In this document: in pieces, positions 1-9,850 of the stretch | Position numbering within the stretch: the stretch's first letter is position 1 | How the letters are laid out: the number at the start of each line of letters is the position of its first letter | Source: Bacilli bacterium | Lineage (GTDB): Bacteria; Bacillota_I; Bacilli_A; RF39; UBA660 | DNA: 64,000 nt | Assembly (NCBI GenBank): GCA_017511805.1 | Contig: JAFWJA010000015.1 | Coordinates: 3,098 to 67,097, forward strand | Reading direction: 5' to 3' | The notes under the pieces: model-generated | What the model was told of the DNA's origin: nothing | What the model saw: the letters and a program-made list of their open reading frames with translations, nothing else | Databases searched by the model: none | Program-made: the position numbers and the translations under genes

Positions 1-372
1 GATATGTTTAAAGTAGAGCCTTTAGTACCATATTCAAAAGATTATGAAACATGTATTAAAGAAGCTAAAGAAAGAATAGGTAATGCTCCAATTAAAGAAG
101 CAATAAATGATATATCTATGTATGAAGTTATTTATATAATGACTCCAATTTATTGGGGAACATATGCACCTGAAATAGAAACTGCTATTAAAGATTTAGA
201 TTTTAGTGGTAAAATAGTTAGAGTTATTACTACACATGAAGGATCAGGTCTTGCTAATGTAGTTAATGATATTAAAAGAATATGTGTTGGTGCAAATGTA
301 TTAGATGATGCGCTTGCCATATTTGGTCATGAAGCAAAAGATTCTAAGAATAAAATAGAAAATTGGGTGTAG
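1..372 (+). CDS. flavodoxin-family protein, C-terminal part (5' end lies outside window)
   Basis: Open frame from window edge; translated sequence (IYWGTYAPEIE...VITTHEGSG) resembles flavodoxin-like fold proteins; no start in window. Confidence 0.55.
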   Translation, partial: DMFKVEPLVPYSKDYETCIKEAKERIGNAPIKEAINDISMYEVIYIMTPIYWGTYAPEIETAIKDLDFSGKIVRVITTHEGSGLANVVNDIKRICVGANVLDDALAIFGHEAKDSKNKIENWV

Positions 373-380
373 AGGTAATA

Positions 381-1493
381 ATGAAGAATAATCGTGAAAA
401 ATTAGTTATTAGAACAAGTATAATAAGTATTATATCTAATATTGTACTTGCTTCCTTTAAAGCATTTGTTGGATTACTATCTAATTCCATAGCAATTATA
501 TCAGATGCTGTTAATAATTTAAGTGATGCATTATCTAGCATTATAACAATAGTGGGAACAAAACTAGCAGGTAAGGCACCAGATCAAAAACATCCATATG
601 GATATGGAAGAATAGAATATATTACATCTTTAATAGTATCCGCAATTGTACTATATGCAGGTATTACTGCTTTAGTAGAATCTATTAAAAAAATAATTAA
701 TCCAGAAATACCAGATTACAGTACTATAACATTAATTATTTTAATCGCAGGTATAATAGTTAAATTTATATTAGGAATATATGTTAAGAAAAAAGGTAAA
801 GAAGTTAATTCTGATTCTTTAGTCGCAAGTGGATCAGATGCATTTAATGATGCAGTTTTATCAATTTCAGTTCTAGTATCTGCTATTCTTTATATGATAT
901 TTGATATAAGTATAGAAGCATATGTTGGTGTTTTATTATCAATCTTTATTATTAAAACAGGATTAGAATTAATAAAAGATTCTGTTGATAATATGTTAGG
1001 ATTAAGAGTAGAAAGTGATTTATCTAGATCAATAAAAAAAGAAATTACTAAAGAAAAGGATGTTCAAGGAGCATATGATTTAGTACTAAATGATTATGGA
1101 CCAGATAAATATTTAGGTTCTGTTCATATAGAAGTTAATGATACTTTATCGGTATCAGATATAGATAAAATATCTAGAAGAATATCAAAGAATATTATGA
1201 AAAAATATGGTGTAATATTACATACAATTGGAGTATATTCAGTAAATACTAAAGATAAAAAAGTAATTGAAACAAAACAAGAAATAACAAAGATAGTATT
1301 TTCTCATAAAGGTATATTACAAATGCATGGTTTTTATTTAGATGAAGATGATAAAAGTATTAGTTTTGATATAATTATAGATTTTAAAATAAAGAATAAA
1401 GAAGAATTATATAAAGAAATATATAATGAAGTAAAGAATAAATATAAAGATTATAAGATTGAAATAACATTAGATATAGATGTAAGTGATTAG
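381..1493 (+). CDS. cation diffusion facilitator (CDF) family divalent metal efflux transporter
   Basis: N-terminal multi-TM region, CDF signature HPYGYGRIEY, C-terminal cytoplasmic domain; ORF-track start 363 is TTG, ATG at 381 has GAGG RBS 6 nt upstream. Confidence 0.85.
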   Translation: MKNNREKLVIRTSIISIISNIVLASFKAFVGLLSNSIAIISDAVNNLSDALSSIITIVGTKLAGKAPDQKHPYGYGRIEYITSLIVSAIVLYAGITALVESIKKIINPEIPDYSTITLIILIAGIIVKFILGIYVKKKGKEVNSDSLVASGSDAFNDAVLSISVLVSAILYMIFDISIEAYVGVLLSIFIIKTGLELIKDSVDNMLGLRVESDLSRSIKKEITKEKDVQGAYDLVLNDYGPDKYLGSVHIEVNDTLSVSDIDKISRRISKNIMKKYGVILHTIGVYSVNTKDKKVIETKQEITKIVFSHKGILQMHGFYLDEDDKSISFDIIIDFKIKNKEELYKEIYNEVKNKYKDYKIEITLDIDVSD

Positions 1494-1502
1494 GAGGTAT
1501 GT

Positions 1503-2042
1503 ATGTCAATATTTGATTATTCTATAGTAGATAGAAATGGTAAAAAAGTAAGTTTAAAAGAATATAAAGGAAAAGTATTAATAGTAGTTAATACAGCGAC
1601 AGGATGTGGTTTTACTCCTCAATATGAAGGATTAGAAAAACTATATAAAGAGTATCATGATAAAGGCTTAGAAATAATTGATATTCCATGTAATCAATTT
1701 GGAAATCAAGCACCAGGTACAGATGATGAAATACATGAGTTTTGTGCATTAAAATATAATACATCATTTGATCAATTTACTAAAGCAGATGTTAATGGTG
1801 AAAATGAATTAGAATTATATACTTATTTAAAAGACCAAATAAAGGAAGATACTATTGAAGGTATGAAGAATAAAATGGCTATGAAAGCTATTGATAAAAT
1901 AAGTAAAACTGCTAAAAAAGATGGAGATATTAAATGGAATTTTACTAAGTTTTTAGTGGATAAAGAAGGTAATGTAGTAGGTAGATATTCTCCTACATAT
2001 AAACCAGAAAATATGGAAGATAAAATTAAAGAGTTATTATAA
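1503..2042 (+). CDS. gpx: glutathione peroxidase
   Basis: NTATGCGFTPQYEGLEKLY...IPCNQFGNQAPG motifs typical of Gpx/BsaA family; AGGAGG RBS. Confidence 0.85.
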   Translation: MSIFDYSIVDRNGKKVSLKEYKGKVLIVVNTATGCGFTPQYEGLEKLYKEYHDKGLEIIDIPCNQFGNQAPGTDDEIHEFCALKYNTSFDQFTKADVNGENELELYTYLKDQIKEDTIEGMKNKMAMKAIDKISKTAKKDGDIKWNFTKFLVDKEGNVVGRYSPTYKPENMEDKIKELL

Positions 2043-2048
2043 AGAATT

Positions 2049-2071
2049 GATGTCTAATTGACATCTTTTTT
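2049..2071 (+). terminator. rho-independent terminator after gpx
   Basis: GATGTC-taatt-GACATC hairpin followed by TTTTTT. Confidence 0.6.
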
Positions 2072-2137
2072 ATTGTACTTAATGTAATTTTATGTTATTA
2101 TAATTATATTAGAATAAAATAAAGGTAGATGTGTAAT

Positions 2138-4801
2138 ATGAAAAAGAAACTATTATTGTTTTTATTAATATTTATATTTGGTATTACAAATGTTAAAGCT
2201 ATTCCATCTGATGCGGTTGCTGAAATAGATGGATCATATTATAAATCTATTAATGCAGCTATTAAAGCTATAGATACTGATGCTAAAACTACTATTACTT
2301 TAGTAAAAGATAGAACTGAAAATATAACTATACCAAATAATAGAAATATAGTATTAGATTTAAATGGATACACATTAAGAAATAGTGGAGCTAATTCTAC
2401 CGTAATAACTAATAATGGAATATTAGAAATAAAAAATGGTACTGTTACTACAGATGCTAGTTCTGGTATGATAAATAATAATTCTGATGCAGTATTAACA
2501 ATTAATAGTGGAAATTATATAGCAACATATTCTAGACAAGTTTTATATAATAAATCTGGTACTGCTACAATAGGTGGAACTGCTTATTTAGAATCAGCTA
2601 CGGAAGAAAGAGCAACAGTTCATAATTTAAATGGAGGTACTCTTAATATAGTAGGAGGTACTATAGTAGCTAATAATTCATATGCTGTTTATAATGATAT
2701 AGGTACTTTGAATATAGGCACTAAAGATGAAGTATATAATCAAAATAGTCCTGTTATACAAGGTAGTACATATGGTGTAATAGCAAATGATGAAATTAAT
2801 ATATATGATGGTATTATAAAAGGTAAAACATATCATATAGGAACTGCTAATAGTGCAAGTGCACCAACAACTGCTGATAATATAGATGAAACAAAAGTTA
2901 GTGATATAGAAGAACTAGCTGAAAAAGTATTAGATGAAGAAGAAATTAGTGGAGATACATATCATACTTTTAAATATTGGTTAGATTCTGAAAATATAGT
3001 TAAAATTACATTTGACCCAGTAGGAGGAACAGTTAATCCAACTTATAAAAAAATATTTATAGGTGATTCTGTTGGTGAATTACCAACACCAATTAAGGTA
3101 GATAATAAATTTAATGGATGGTTTACAAATTCTTCAGGTGGAGCAAAGATTACTGGAGAAGAAAAACCTACATCAAATATTACATATTACGCTCAGTGGA
3201 CTTATGTTGATCCAAATAAAGTTGCTTATGTTGAGGGCATAGGTTATATGTCATTAGAAAATGCATTTTTAACTGGTGGTAATATTAAATTAATGGAAGA
3301 TGTAATAGTAATAAATTCATTAGAAATGAGTGCAGCTGCTAATTTAGATTTAAATGGTCATCAAATAATACTTGGAAATAAGACAATTACAATAACTGAA
3401 GAAGTTACAATAGATGATTCATCAGATGATAAAACTGGTTTAATTACCTCTAATGCACTATTTGGCATCATAGTAGGTAGTGAAACTACTCCTACAAATG
3501 GGTCTTTAACACTTAAAGGTGGAACAATTGAAGGTAAAGATACTTATGGTGCAATTAGAAACTTTGAAGAATTAGAAATTGATGGTGGAACAGTATTATG
3601 TAGTGGTAAATGTACTGGACATGCTGTTTATAATAATAGTGAATTCAATATGAAATCAGGAACAGTGTATTCAGAAAAAGGACGTGCTATTAGAAATAGT
3701 GACAATGGAACATTTATTATGGATGGAGGACTTGTTAAAATAGATTCAAAAAAAGAACAAGCACTTGATTTAGGTGGTAATTGTTCCGCTACTATTAATG
3801 GTGGAACAATAGAAGCATTAAATGAAAATGGAGCAGCAATAGTAGCATTTGGAAATTCTGAACTTACAGTTAATGGTGGAACTATTAGTGGTTATGATAT
3901 GGCAATTTCAGGTAATGGTAATGATAATAATGGAAATGTTAGTATAACTATTAATGGAGGAGATATAACAGCTACAAATGGAGTAGGTATGTATTTACCA
4001 CAACAAGATAGTACTACTATTATTAATGGTGGTAATATTACTGGATCAACAGGTATTGAAATTAGAGCTGCTAATTTAATAGTAAATGGTGGAACAATTA
4101 CTGCTACTGCTGATTATTATGAAATTAAAAAAAATGATAATGGAACAACTTCAAAAGGAGCAGCAATCGCAGTATCACAACATACTACTAAAAAACCAAT
4201 AATGGTTGAAATAAATGGAGGTAACTTAAAAGGTATGTCTCCTATAGCAGAAGGTAATCCTCAATCTAATCCACAAGAAGCAATTGATCAGGTTACAATA
4301 ACTATAAAAGATGGTGATTTTGAATCAACTGGGGATTTAGTAATTAGTGCAGAAAATCCTGAAACTATAATTCAATTAGTAACAGGTGGAACTTATAATG
4401 AAGATCCATCATATTATGTAAAAGACGGATATGGAGCTGCTAAAATAGGTGAAAATCAATATGAAGTTACAAAATTATATAATATAATTCTTGATTCAAG
4501 CGCTGAAGGAATAGTTTCAGCAGGTACTGATAAATTTCCTTATAAAGGAACATTAGAATTAAGTATAAAAGATCACTATAAAGTTACATTAGAAGTAACT
4601 GATTCTGATGGTAATAAAATAGAAGTAAAAAATAATAAATTTGTTATGCCAGAAAAAGATGTAACAATTAAAGTTATTGATAAAGAAATTATTAACCCAG
4701 TTACAGGAGATGGAGTAGCATCTTACATATTACTAGCATTATTAAGTGTTATTGGTCTTCTATGTACTAGAATATATAAAATAAAAACAAAAGGTATCTA
4801 A
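2138..4801 (+). CDS. large cell-surface protein: signal peptide, right-handed beta-helix-like GGT/NGG repeats, Listeria-Bacteroides (Flg_new) repeat, C-terminal NPVTG sorting-signal-like motif + TM + basic tail
   Basis: N-term MKKKLLLFLLIFIFGITNVKA; segment FDPVGGTVNP...NGWFTNSSGGAKITGEE...YYAQW matches Flg_new repeat; many NGGTI/INGG repeats; C-term INPVTGDG + hydrophobic stretch + RIYKIKTKGI. Confidence 0.6.
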   Translation: MKKKLLLFLLIFIFGITNVKAIPSDAVAEIDGSYYKSINAAIKAIDTDAKTTITLVKDRTENITIPNNRNIVLDLNGYTLRNSGANSTVITNNGILEIKNGTVTTDASSGMINNNSDAVLTINSGNYIATYSRQVLYNKSGTATIGGTAYLESATEERATVHNLNGGTLNIVGGTIVANNSYAVYNDIGTLNIGTKDEVYNQNSPVIQGSTYGVIANDEINIYDGIIKGKTYHIGTANSASAPTTADNIDETKVSDIEELAEKVLDEEEISGDTYHTFKYWLDSENIVKITFDPVGGTVNPTYKKIFIGDSVGELPTPIKVDNKFNGWFTNSSGGAKITGEEKPTSNITYYAQWTYVDPNKVAYVEGIGYMSLENAFLTGGNIKLMEDVIVINSLEMSAAANLDLNGHQIILGNKTITITEEVTIDDSSDDKTGLITSNALFGIIVGSETTPTNGSLTLKGGTIEGKDTYGAIRNFEELEIDGGTVLCSGKCTGHAVYNNSEFNMKSGTVYSEKGRAIRNSDNGTFIMDGGLVKIDSKKEQALDLGGNCSATINGGTIEALNENGAAIVAFGNSELTVNGGTISGYDMAISGNGNDNNGNVSITINGGDITATNGVGMYLPQQDSTTIINGGNITGSTGIEIRAANLIVNGGTITATADYYEIKKNDNGTTSKGAAIAVSQHTTKKPIMVEINGGNLKGMSPIAEGNPQSNPQEAIDQVTITIKDGDFESTGDLVISAENPETIIQLVTGGTYNEDPSYYVKDGYGAAKIGENQYEVTKLYNIILDSSAEGIVSAGTDKFPYKGTLELSIKDHYKVTLEVTDSDGNKIEVKNNKFVMPEKDVTIKVIDKEIINPVTGDGVASYILLALLSVIGLLCTRIYKIKTKGI

Positions 4802-4847
4802 TAGATATCTTTTTTTTATGATATAATGCATATAGGGTGTGATAATA

Positions 4848-5390
4848 ATGAAAAACATGAGAGATATTTTATTATTACCTAACTTTGATAACATGGATGT
4901 TATAGAAAAAATTCGTAAAGATAATGATGAATTATATGGAATTGTTCCACCACACATAACTATAGTATTTCCTTTTGAAGATGATATGAGTGATGATGAA
5001 TTAGTTGTTAAAGTTAGAGATTATTTTAAAGATAAAAAGAAGTTTTATGTAAAATTCTCTGGTGTATCATTTTCAGATGATAATTATATATTTCTTGATT
5101 GTGTAGAAGGTAAAAAAGATATTATAAAAATACATGACGAACTATATAATAATTATTTTCAAAAATATCTAAGTGATAGAGAATATATCCCACATATCAC
5201 AATTGGTCAGACATTTAATTCAAGTAATGAACAATTAAAAAAAATAGAGAATATGAAAGATGAATTTGAGTGTTATATTGATACAATTATCATTGAAAAG
5301 ATAGGATTAAATGAAGAATCAATAATATTAGATAAAATAGTTCTAGGAGGCAAAAATGAAAGTATTAACAATAATGGGAACTGCTCATAG
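4848..5390 (+). CDS. 2H phosphoesterase superfamily protein (LigT/YjcG-like, two HxT motifs)
   Basis: Two H-x-T-x motifs (PHITIVFPF and PHITIGQT) in a ~180 aa protein; ORF-track start 4839 is GTG, ATG 4848 preferred. Confidence 0.6.
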   Translation: MKNMRDILLLPNFDNMDVIEKIRKDNDELYGIVPPHITIVFPFEDDMSDDELVVKVRDYFKDKKKFYVKFSGVSFSDDNYIFLDCVEGKKDIIKIHDELYNNYFQKYLSDREYIPHITIGQTFNSSNEQLKKIENMKDEFECYIDTIIIEKIGLNEESIILDKIVLGGKNESINNNGNCS

Positions 5391-6051
5391 AGGTAATACA
5401 AGAGCTGTAGTAGATTTATTTTTAAAAGAATTTGAGAATAGTAAAAATGAGTTTGACGAAGTTGTTCTTCCAATTGACTTTAATAATATATGTATGGGAT
5501 GTGCGAACTGCATATTAAAAGGCGAAGAAAATTGCCCTCATTATAATGAAATAAATAAAATTATTAAAAAAATAGAAAATGCAGATTTAATTATATTAGC
5601 AACTCCAGTATTTGTAGGATCTTGTTCTGGAGCATTAAAAGTATTTTTAGATCACTTAGCGTATATGTGGTTAGTTCATAGACCAAAAGAAGAAATGTTT
5701 AATAAAGTTGGTTTAATAATTACTTCAGCGGGAGGTTCTGGAGTAAAGAATACAGTTAAATTATTAAAATCAAATCTATTCTATTGGGGTGTTCCTACTA
5801 TATATAATTATGGTGTTACAACTATGAAAATGGGTGGTAATTATGTTGATTATGATAAGAAGGATAAAATACAAAAACAAGTTAGTAAGAAAGCTAAAAA
5901 AGTAAAGAAAGCATTAGTAAAAAGAAAAGTTGGTTTTAAAACAAAATTTTTCTTTAAATTATTTGGAATGACTCAAAAAAATGGTTGGAATAAAACTGAT
6001 GTAGATTATTGGAAAGAAAAAGGTTGGCTTAATGGTAAGAAGCCATATTAA
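5356..6051 (+). CDS. iron-sulfur flavoprotein / NADPH-dependent FMN reductase-like (flavodoxin fold with compact Cys cluster)
   Basis: MKVLTIMGTAHRGNT flavodoxin-like N-term; CMGCANCILKGEENC = C-x2-C-x2-C-x7-C as in Isf-type iron-sulfur flavoproteins; AGGAGG RBS; overlaps upstream CDS by 35 nt. Confidence 0.6.
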   Translation: MKVLTIMGTAHRGNTRAVVDLFLKEFENSKNEFDEVVLPIDFNNICMGCANCILKGEENCPHYNEINKIIKKIENADLIILATPVFVGSCSGALKVFLDHLAYMWLVHRPKEEMFNKVGLIITSAGGSGVKNTVKLLKSNLFYWGVPTIYNYGVTTMKMGGNYVDYDKKDKIQKQVSKKAKKVKKALVKRKVGFKTKFFFKLFGMTQKNGWNKTDVDYWKEKGWLNGKKPY

Positions 6052-6052
6052 G

Positions 6053-6077
6053 AAATAGTAGAAATACTATTTTTTTG
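6053..6077 (+). terminator. rho-independent terminator
   Basis: AATAGTA-gaaa-TACTATT followed by T6. Confidence 0.6.
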
Positions 6078-6141
6078 TATATATGGGATTATAAGTGACT
6101 TTTATGTTATTATGTGTTAATATATAATTGAGGATGATTTT

Positions 6142-7107
6142 ATGAATAGCAAAAGAGAACTTAAGATGGATATAATGAAAGTAATTGGATTATTTGCGAT
6201 AATTTTAGCGCATGTTAGTCCACATGAGATTATTTTTCAAATCCGTAATTTTGATGTCCCTTTGATGGTTTTTGTATCAGGTTATTTATCGTATAATTCT
6301 TATAAATCTTCAAAATCATATTTTAGTTATGTTATTAAGAGAATAAAAAGATTATTAATACCTACATGGATTTTTTTAACAATTTATTTTTTTATAGTAT
6401 ATATATGTCATAATTATTTTAATGTTCAATTCTACTATAGTAAAAATCAAATGATTGATAGTTATTTATTATTAGAAGGAATAGGATATATTTGGATAGT
6501 TAGAGTATATTTATTAGTTGAATTAGTAATGCCACTATTCATTAAAATAGTAGATAGTTTTAAAAAGTATATAGTTTTTATAATAATAATTTCTCTATTT
6601 ATAATAAATGAATTAATGTGCCATTATAATATATATAATATAAATATGTTTACTAATTATTATTTAAGTAATTTAATTAGTTATGGTACTATTTTATTAT
6701 TAGGTTTATTTGTTAGAAAATTAAATAAAAAGGAAATAAAGTATTTATTATTACTATTTATAATGATATTTACAGCTTATGTTTTATACTTTTTTAAAAC
6801 GGAAGGTTTATTTGTATTTACTCAAACAAGAAAATATCCACCAAGTTTGTATTATTTAAGTTATTCTTTAATAGTTTCACTATTATTATTCTTAATTGAA
6901 CCAAAAATTAAAAATATTAAATTAAATAATATAATAGTTAGTATAAGTAAGAATTCATTTTGGATTTATTTATGGCATATATTAGCTATTTATATTGTTA
7001 GTATTATAAAACCAGATATTCATTGGACATTAAGATACATATTAGTTATTTTAATAGCAATATTAATTACATTTATTCAAGAAAAGATTATTAAAAAAAG
7101 AGTGTAA
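6142..7107 (+). CDS. acyltransferase 3 family integral membrane protein
   Basis: ~10 TM helices, N-terminal MKVIGLFAIILAHVSPH motif typical of acyltransferase_3 family. Confidence 0.6.
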   Translation: MNSKRELKMDIMKVIGLFAIILAHVSPHEIIFQIRNFDVPLMVFVSGYLSYNSYKSSKSYFSYVIKRIKRLLIPTWIFLTIYFFIVYICHNYFNVQFYYSKNQMIDSYLLLEGIGYIWIVRVYLLVELVMPLFIKIVDSFKKYIVFIIIISLFIINELMCHYNIYNINMFTNYYLSNLISYGTILLLGLFVRKLNKKEIKYLLLLFIMIFTAYVLYFFKTEGLFVFTQTRKYPPSLYYLSYSLIVSLLLFLIEPKIKNIKLNNIIVSISKNSFWIYLWHILAIYIVSIIKPDIHWTLRYILVILIAILITFIQEKIIKKRV

Positions 7108-7187
7108 TAAAAGTGTAAATCTTATTATTCTACAAGACTAAATCGATATAAAATGTTATGATAAAAGATACATAAAGAGGTGATTTC

Positions 7188-9821
7188 ATGTTTAAAAGAA
7201 AAAGCATTATTAATTTATTAATTGTTATTACGTTCTTTTTTGCATTTAAGACCTCTGTTTTAGCATCTTCAAGTAATATAGAATTATCAACTCAATCAAG
7301 TAATATTAAAGTTGGTGATGAATTTGAGGTAAATGTAAAAGTACAAAGTGACACAAATTTAGGTACTTGGAATTTTATAGTAAATCATTCAGATAATCTT
7401 GCTTTAGTTTCAGGTACTGAAAATATTTCAGATGTAGCTAATGAAGTCATTCAAAGCAAAGACTATTCAATTAGATATAAGGCTATTTCAACAGGTGAAT
7501 CTAATATTAGTATTTCATCAATTTCAATAAATGAATATGAAACTAATAATAGTATTGAAATAGGTAATGTAAATAGTATTAATATTAGTATTAATAGTTC
7601 TGGAGAATTTGTTAATGAAGGTGGCCATATTTTTTATTATAAAGATGGTGTAATGCAAAAGGGAATTGTTGAAATAGATGGTAATAAATACTTATTTGGT
7701 GTTAATAGTGGTTATTTATATTATGGATGGGCAACAACACCAGATGGAAATAAGTACTATTCAGGAGAAGATGGAATACTAAAATCAGGAGTTGCAGAAA
7801 TAGATGGTAAAAAATACTTATTTGGAGTAACAAGTAATAAACTATACTATGGATGGGCAACAACACCAGATGGAAATAAGTATTACTCAGATATAACAGG
7901 AGTTTTAAAAACTGGCTTCGTTACTATTAATAATCAAAAATATTATTTTGATGAAAAAGAATGTAATATGAATGTTGGTTGGTTAGAAATAGATGGCAAA
8001 AAGTATTACTCAGGAGAAGATGGAATACTAAAATTTGGTATAGTTGAAATAGAAGGATATAAATACTATTTTAAAGACAACAAATTACAATTTGGATGGA
8101 TAGAAGTTAATGGCAAAAAGTATTACTCAGGAGAAGATGGAAAATTAAAATCAGGGGTTGCAGAAATAGAAGGCAAAAAATACTTATTTGGAGTAACAAG
8201 TAATATGCTTTACTATGGATGGGCAACAACACCAGATGGAAATAAGTATTACTCAGATATAACAGGAGTTTTAAAAACTGGCTTCGTTACTATTAATAAT
8301 CAAAAATATTATTTTGACGAAAAAGAATGTAATATGAATGTTGGTTGGTTAGAAATAGATGATAAAAAATATTACTCAGGAGAAGACGGAATACTAAAAT
8401 CAGGAGTTACAGAAATAGAAGGTAAAAAGTATTTGTTTGATGTAACAAGTAATATGCTTTACTATGGATGGGCAATAACACCAGATGGAAATAAGTATTA
8501 CTCAGGAGAAGATGGAATACTAAAATCAGGAGTTACAGAAATAGAAGGTAAAAAATACTTGTTCGGAATAACAAGTAATATGCTTTATTATGGATGGGCA
8601 ACAACACCAGATGGTAAGAAATATTATTCAGATGAAGATGGAGTTTTACAAGAGGGATTCATAACAATAAAAAATAATAATTATTATTTCGATGAAGAAA
8701 ATTGTTATATGAGTACTGGATGGGTAGAAGTAAATGGTAAAAAATATTATTCAGGATCAAATGGAATACTAAAATCAGGAGTCACTGAAATTGATGGCAA
8801 AAAATATTTGTTTGGTGTATATAGTAATATGCTTTATTATGGATGGGCAACAACACCAGATGGAAATAAGTATTATTCAGGAGAAGATGGAATACTAAAA
8901 TCTGGTATAGTTGAAATAGACGGTAATAAATACTTATTTGGAGTATTAAGTAATAAATTATATTATGGATGGGCAACAACACCAGATGGAAATACGTATT
9001 ACACAAACTCAGAAGGTATTATTCAAACAGGTTCTATGACTATAGATGGTGTAGATTACAATTTTGATGCAAATGGCGTTCTTCAAACTGGATATCAAAC
9101 TATATTTGGAAAAACATACTATTTTTATACAAATGGTACAAAAGCAAAAGGTGTAGTAAAAATACAAGGTGAAAGAAATTATTTTGATTTTAATACAGGT
9201 GAATTATTAAATAGAAATGTTAAACATATAGTCGATGTTTCTACTTGGCAAGGATATTTGAATTGGGATGCTTTATGGAGTTCTGGTCAAATTGATGGAG
9301 TAATTATCAGATTAGGATATGGTAGTGCAGTAGGTGAACCATGTATATTAGATAATAAATTTGAATATAATTTAAGTGAAATAAGAAGACTAAATATTCC
9401 ATATTCAGTATATTTTTATACTTATGCACAAAATGCAGATTCTGCAGCTGTTGAAGCTAATTATGTTGCAGATGTATTAAATGCTTATAATGTTAACGAT
9501 ATGTCTTTCCCTATATTCTTTGATGCAGAAGAAGGATATTTCTGGGGATTTACATATACTTCAGATGTATATGCATTGACAACTACTACTTTTGCAAATA
9601 TTCTTAGATCAAGAGGGTATAATAGTGTAGGAGTATATGGTAGTGTTAGTAAATTTGAATCGGGTTATTTAAATAATCCTTCTATTAGAAGTTTCCCATT
9701 ATGGGTTGCACAATACTATACAGTAAATCAATACTCAGGGCCAAGTATGGGATGGCAATATACAAGTGAAGGTAGAATACCAGGTTATGATGGTAATTTA
9801 GATTTAAGTATATTTTATTAA
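7188..9821 (+). CDS. secreted GH25 muramidase (lysozyme/autolysin) with N-terminal domain and ~20 clostridial cell-wall-binding (CWB/choline-binding-like) repeats
   Basis: Signal peptide; repeated YYGWATTPDGNKYYSGEDGILKSG modules; C-terminal DVSTWQG...IDGVIIRLGYG...FFDAEE region is GH25 catalytic domain; AGAGGTGA RBS. Confidence 0.8.
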   Translation: MFKRKSIINLLIVITFFFAFKTSVLASSSNIELSTQSSNIKVGDEFEVNVKVQSDTNLGTWNFIVNHSDNLALVSGTENISDVANEVIQSKDYSIRYKAISTGESNISISSISINEYETNNSIEIGNVNSINISINSSGEFVNEGGHIFYYKDGVMQKGIVEIDGNKYLFGVNSGYLYYGWATTPDGNKYYSGEDGILKSGVAEIDGKKYLFGVTSNKLYYGWATTPDGNKYYSDITGVLKTGFVTINNQKYYFDEKECNMNVGWLEIDGKKYYSGEDGILKFGIVEIEGYKYYFKDNKLQFGWIEVNGKKYYSGEDGKLKSGVAEIEGKKYLFGVTSNMLYYGWATTPDGNKYYSDITGVLKTGFVTINNQKYYFDEKECNMNVGWLEIDDKKYYSGEDGILKSGVTEIEGKKYLFDVTSNMLYYGWAITPDGNKYYSGEDGILKSGVTEIEGKKYLFGITSNMLYYGWATTPDGKKYYSDEDGVLQEGFITIKNNNYYFDEENCYMSTGWVEVNGKKYYSGSNGILKSGVTEIDGKKYLFGVYSNMLYYGWATTPDGNKYYSGEDGILKSGIVEIDGNKYLFGVLSNKLYYGWATTPDGNTYYTNSEGIIQTGSMTIDGVDYNFDANGVLQTGYQTIFGKTYYFYTNGTKAKGVVKIQGERNYFDFNTGELLNRNVKHIVDVSTWQGYLNWDALWSSGQIDGVIIRLGYGSAVGEPCILDNKFEYNLSEIRRLNIPYSVYFYTYAQNADSAAVEANYVADVLNAYNVNDMSFPIFFDAEEGYFWGFTYTSDVYALTTTTFANILRSRGYNSVGVYGSVSKFESGYLNNPSIRSFPLWVAQYYTVNQYSGPSMGWQYTSEGRIPGYDGNLDLSIFY
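7680..9010 (+). repeat. array of ~60-bp cell-wall-binding repeat units including two ~250-bp near-identical direct repeats (approx 7790-8040 and 8150-8400)
   Basis: Protein segment GVAEI.GKKYLFGVTSN.LYYGWATTPDGNKYYSDITGVLKTGFVTINNQKYYFDEKECNMNVGWLEID.KKYYSGEDGILK occurs twice almost identically; spurious antisense ORF 8782-9006 is a by-product. Confidence 0.7.
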
Positions 9822-9850
9822 ACAGATAGATGATTCTATCTGTTTTTTTA
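9822..9850 (+). terminator. rho-independent terminator after GH25 gene
   Basis: ACAGATAGA-tgat-TCTATCTGT + T7. Confidence 0.7.

Noticed and set aside
344-541. Short minus-strand ORFs listed in the track: 344-541, 4760-4957, 5273-5473, 21217-21399, 26237-26461 (+, inside the minus-strand gene), 27460-27726, 32090-32275, 33435-33794, 37284-37554, 41301-41555, 42714-43004, 44462-45661 group, 46667-46855, 47709-47903, 53352-53549, 59263-59523
   Set aside because: All lie antisense or out-of-frame inside longer, well-supported genes. They have low-complexity I/L/F/K-rich translations typical of AT-rich background and no RBS.
8782-9006. 74-aa minus-strand ORF inside GH25 gene
   Set aside because: Generated by the repetitive CWB-repeat DNA (same peptide repeated twice); an artefact of the repeats.
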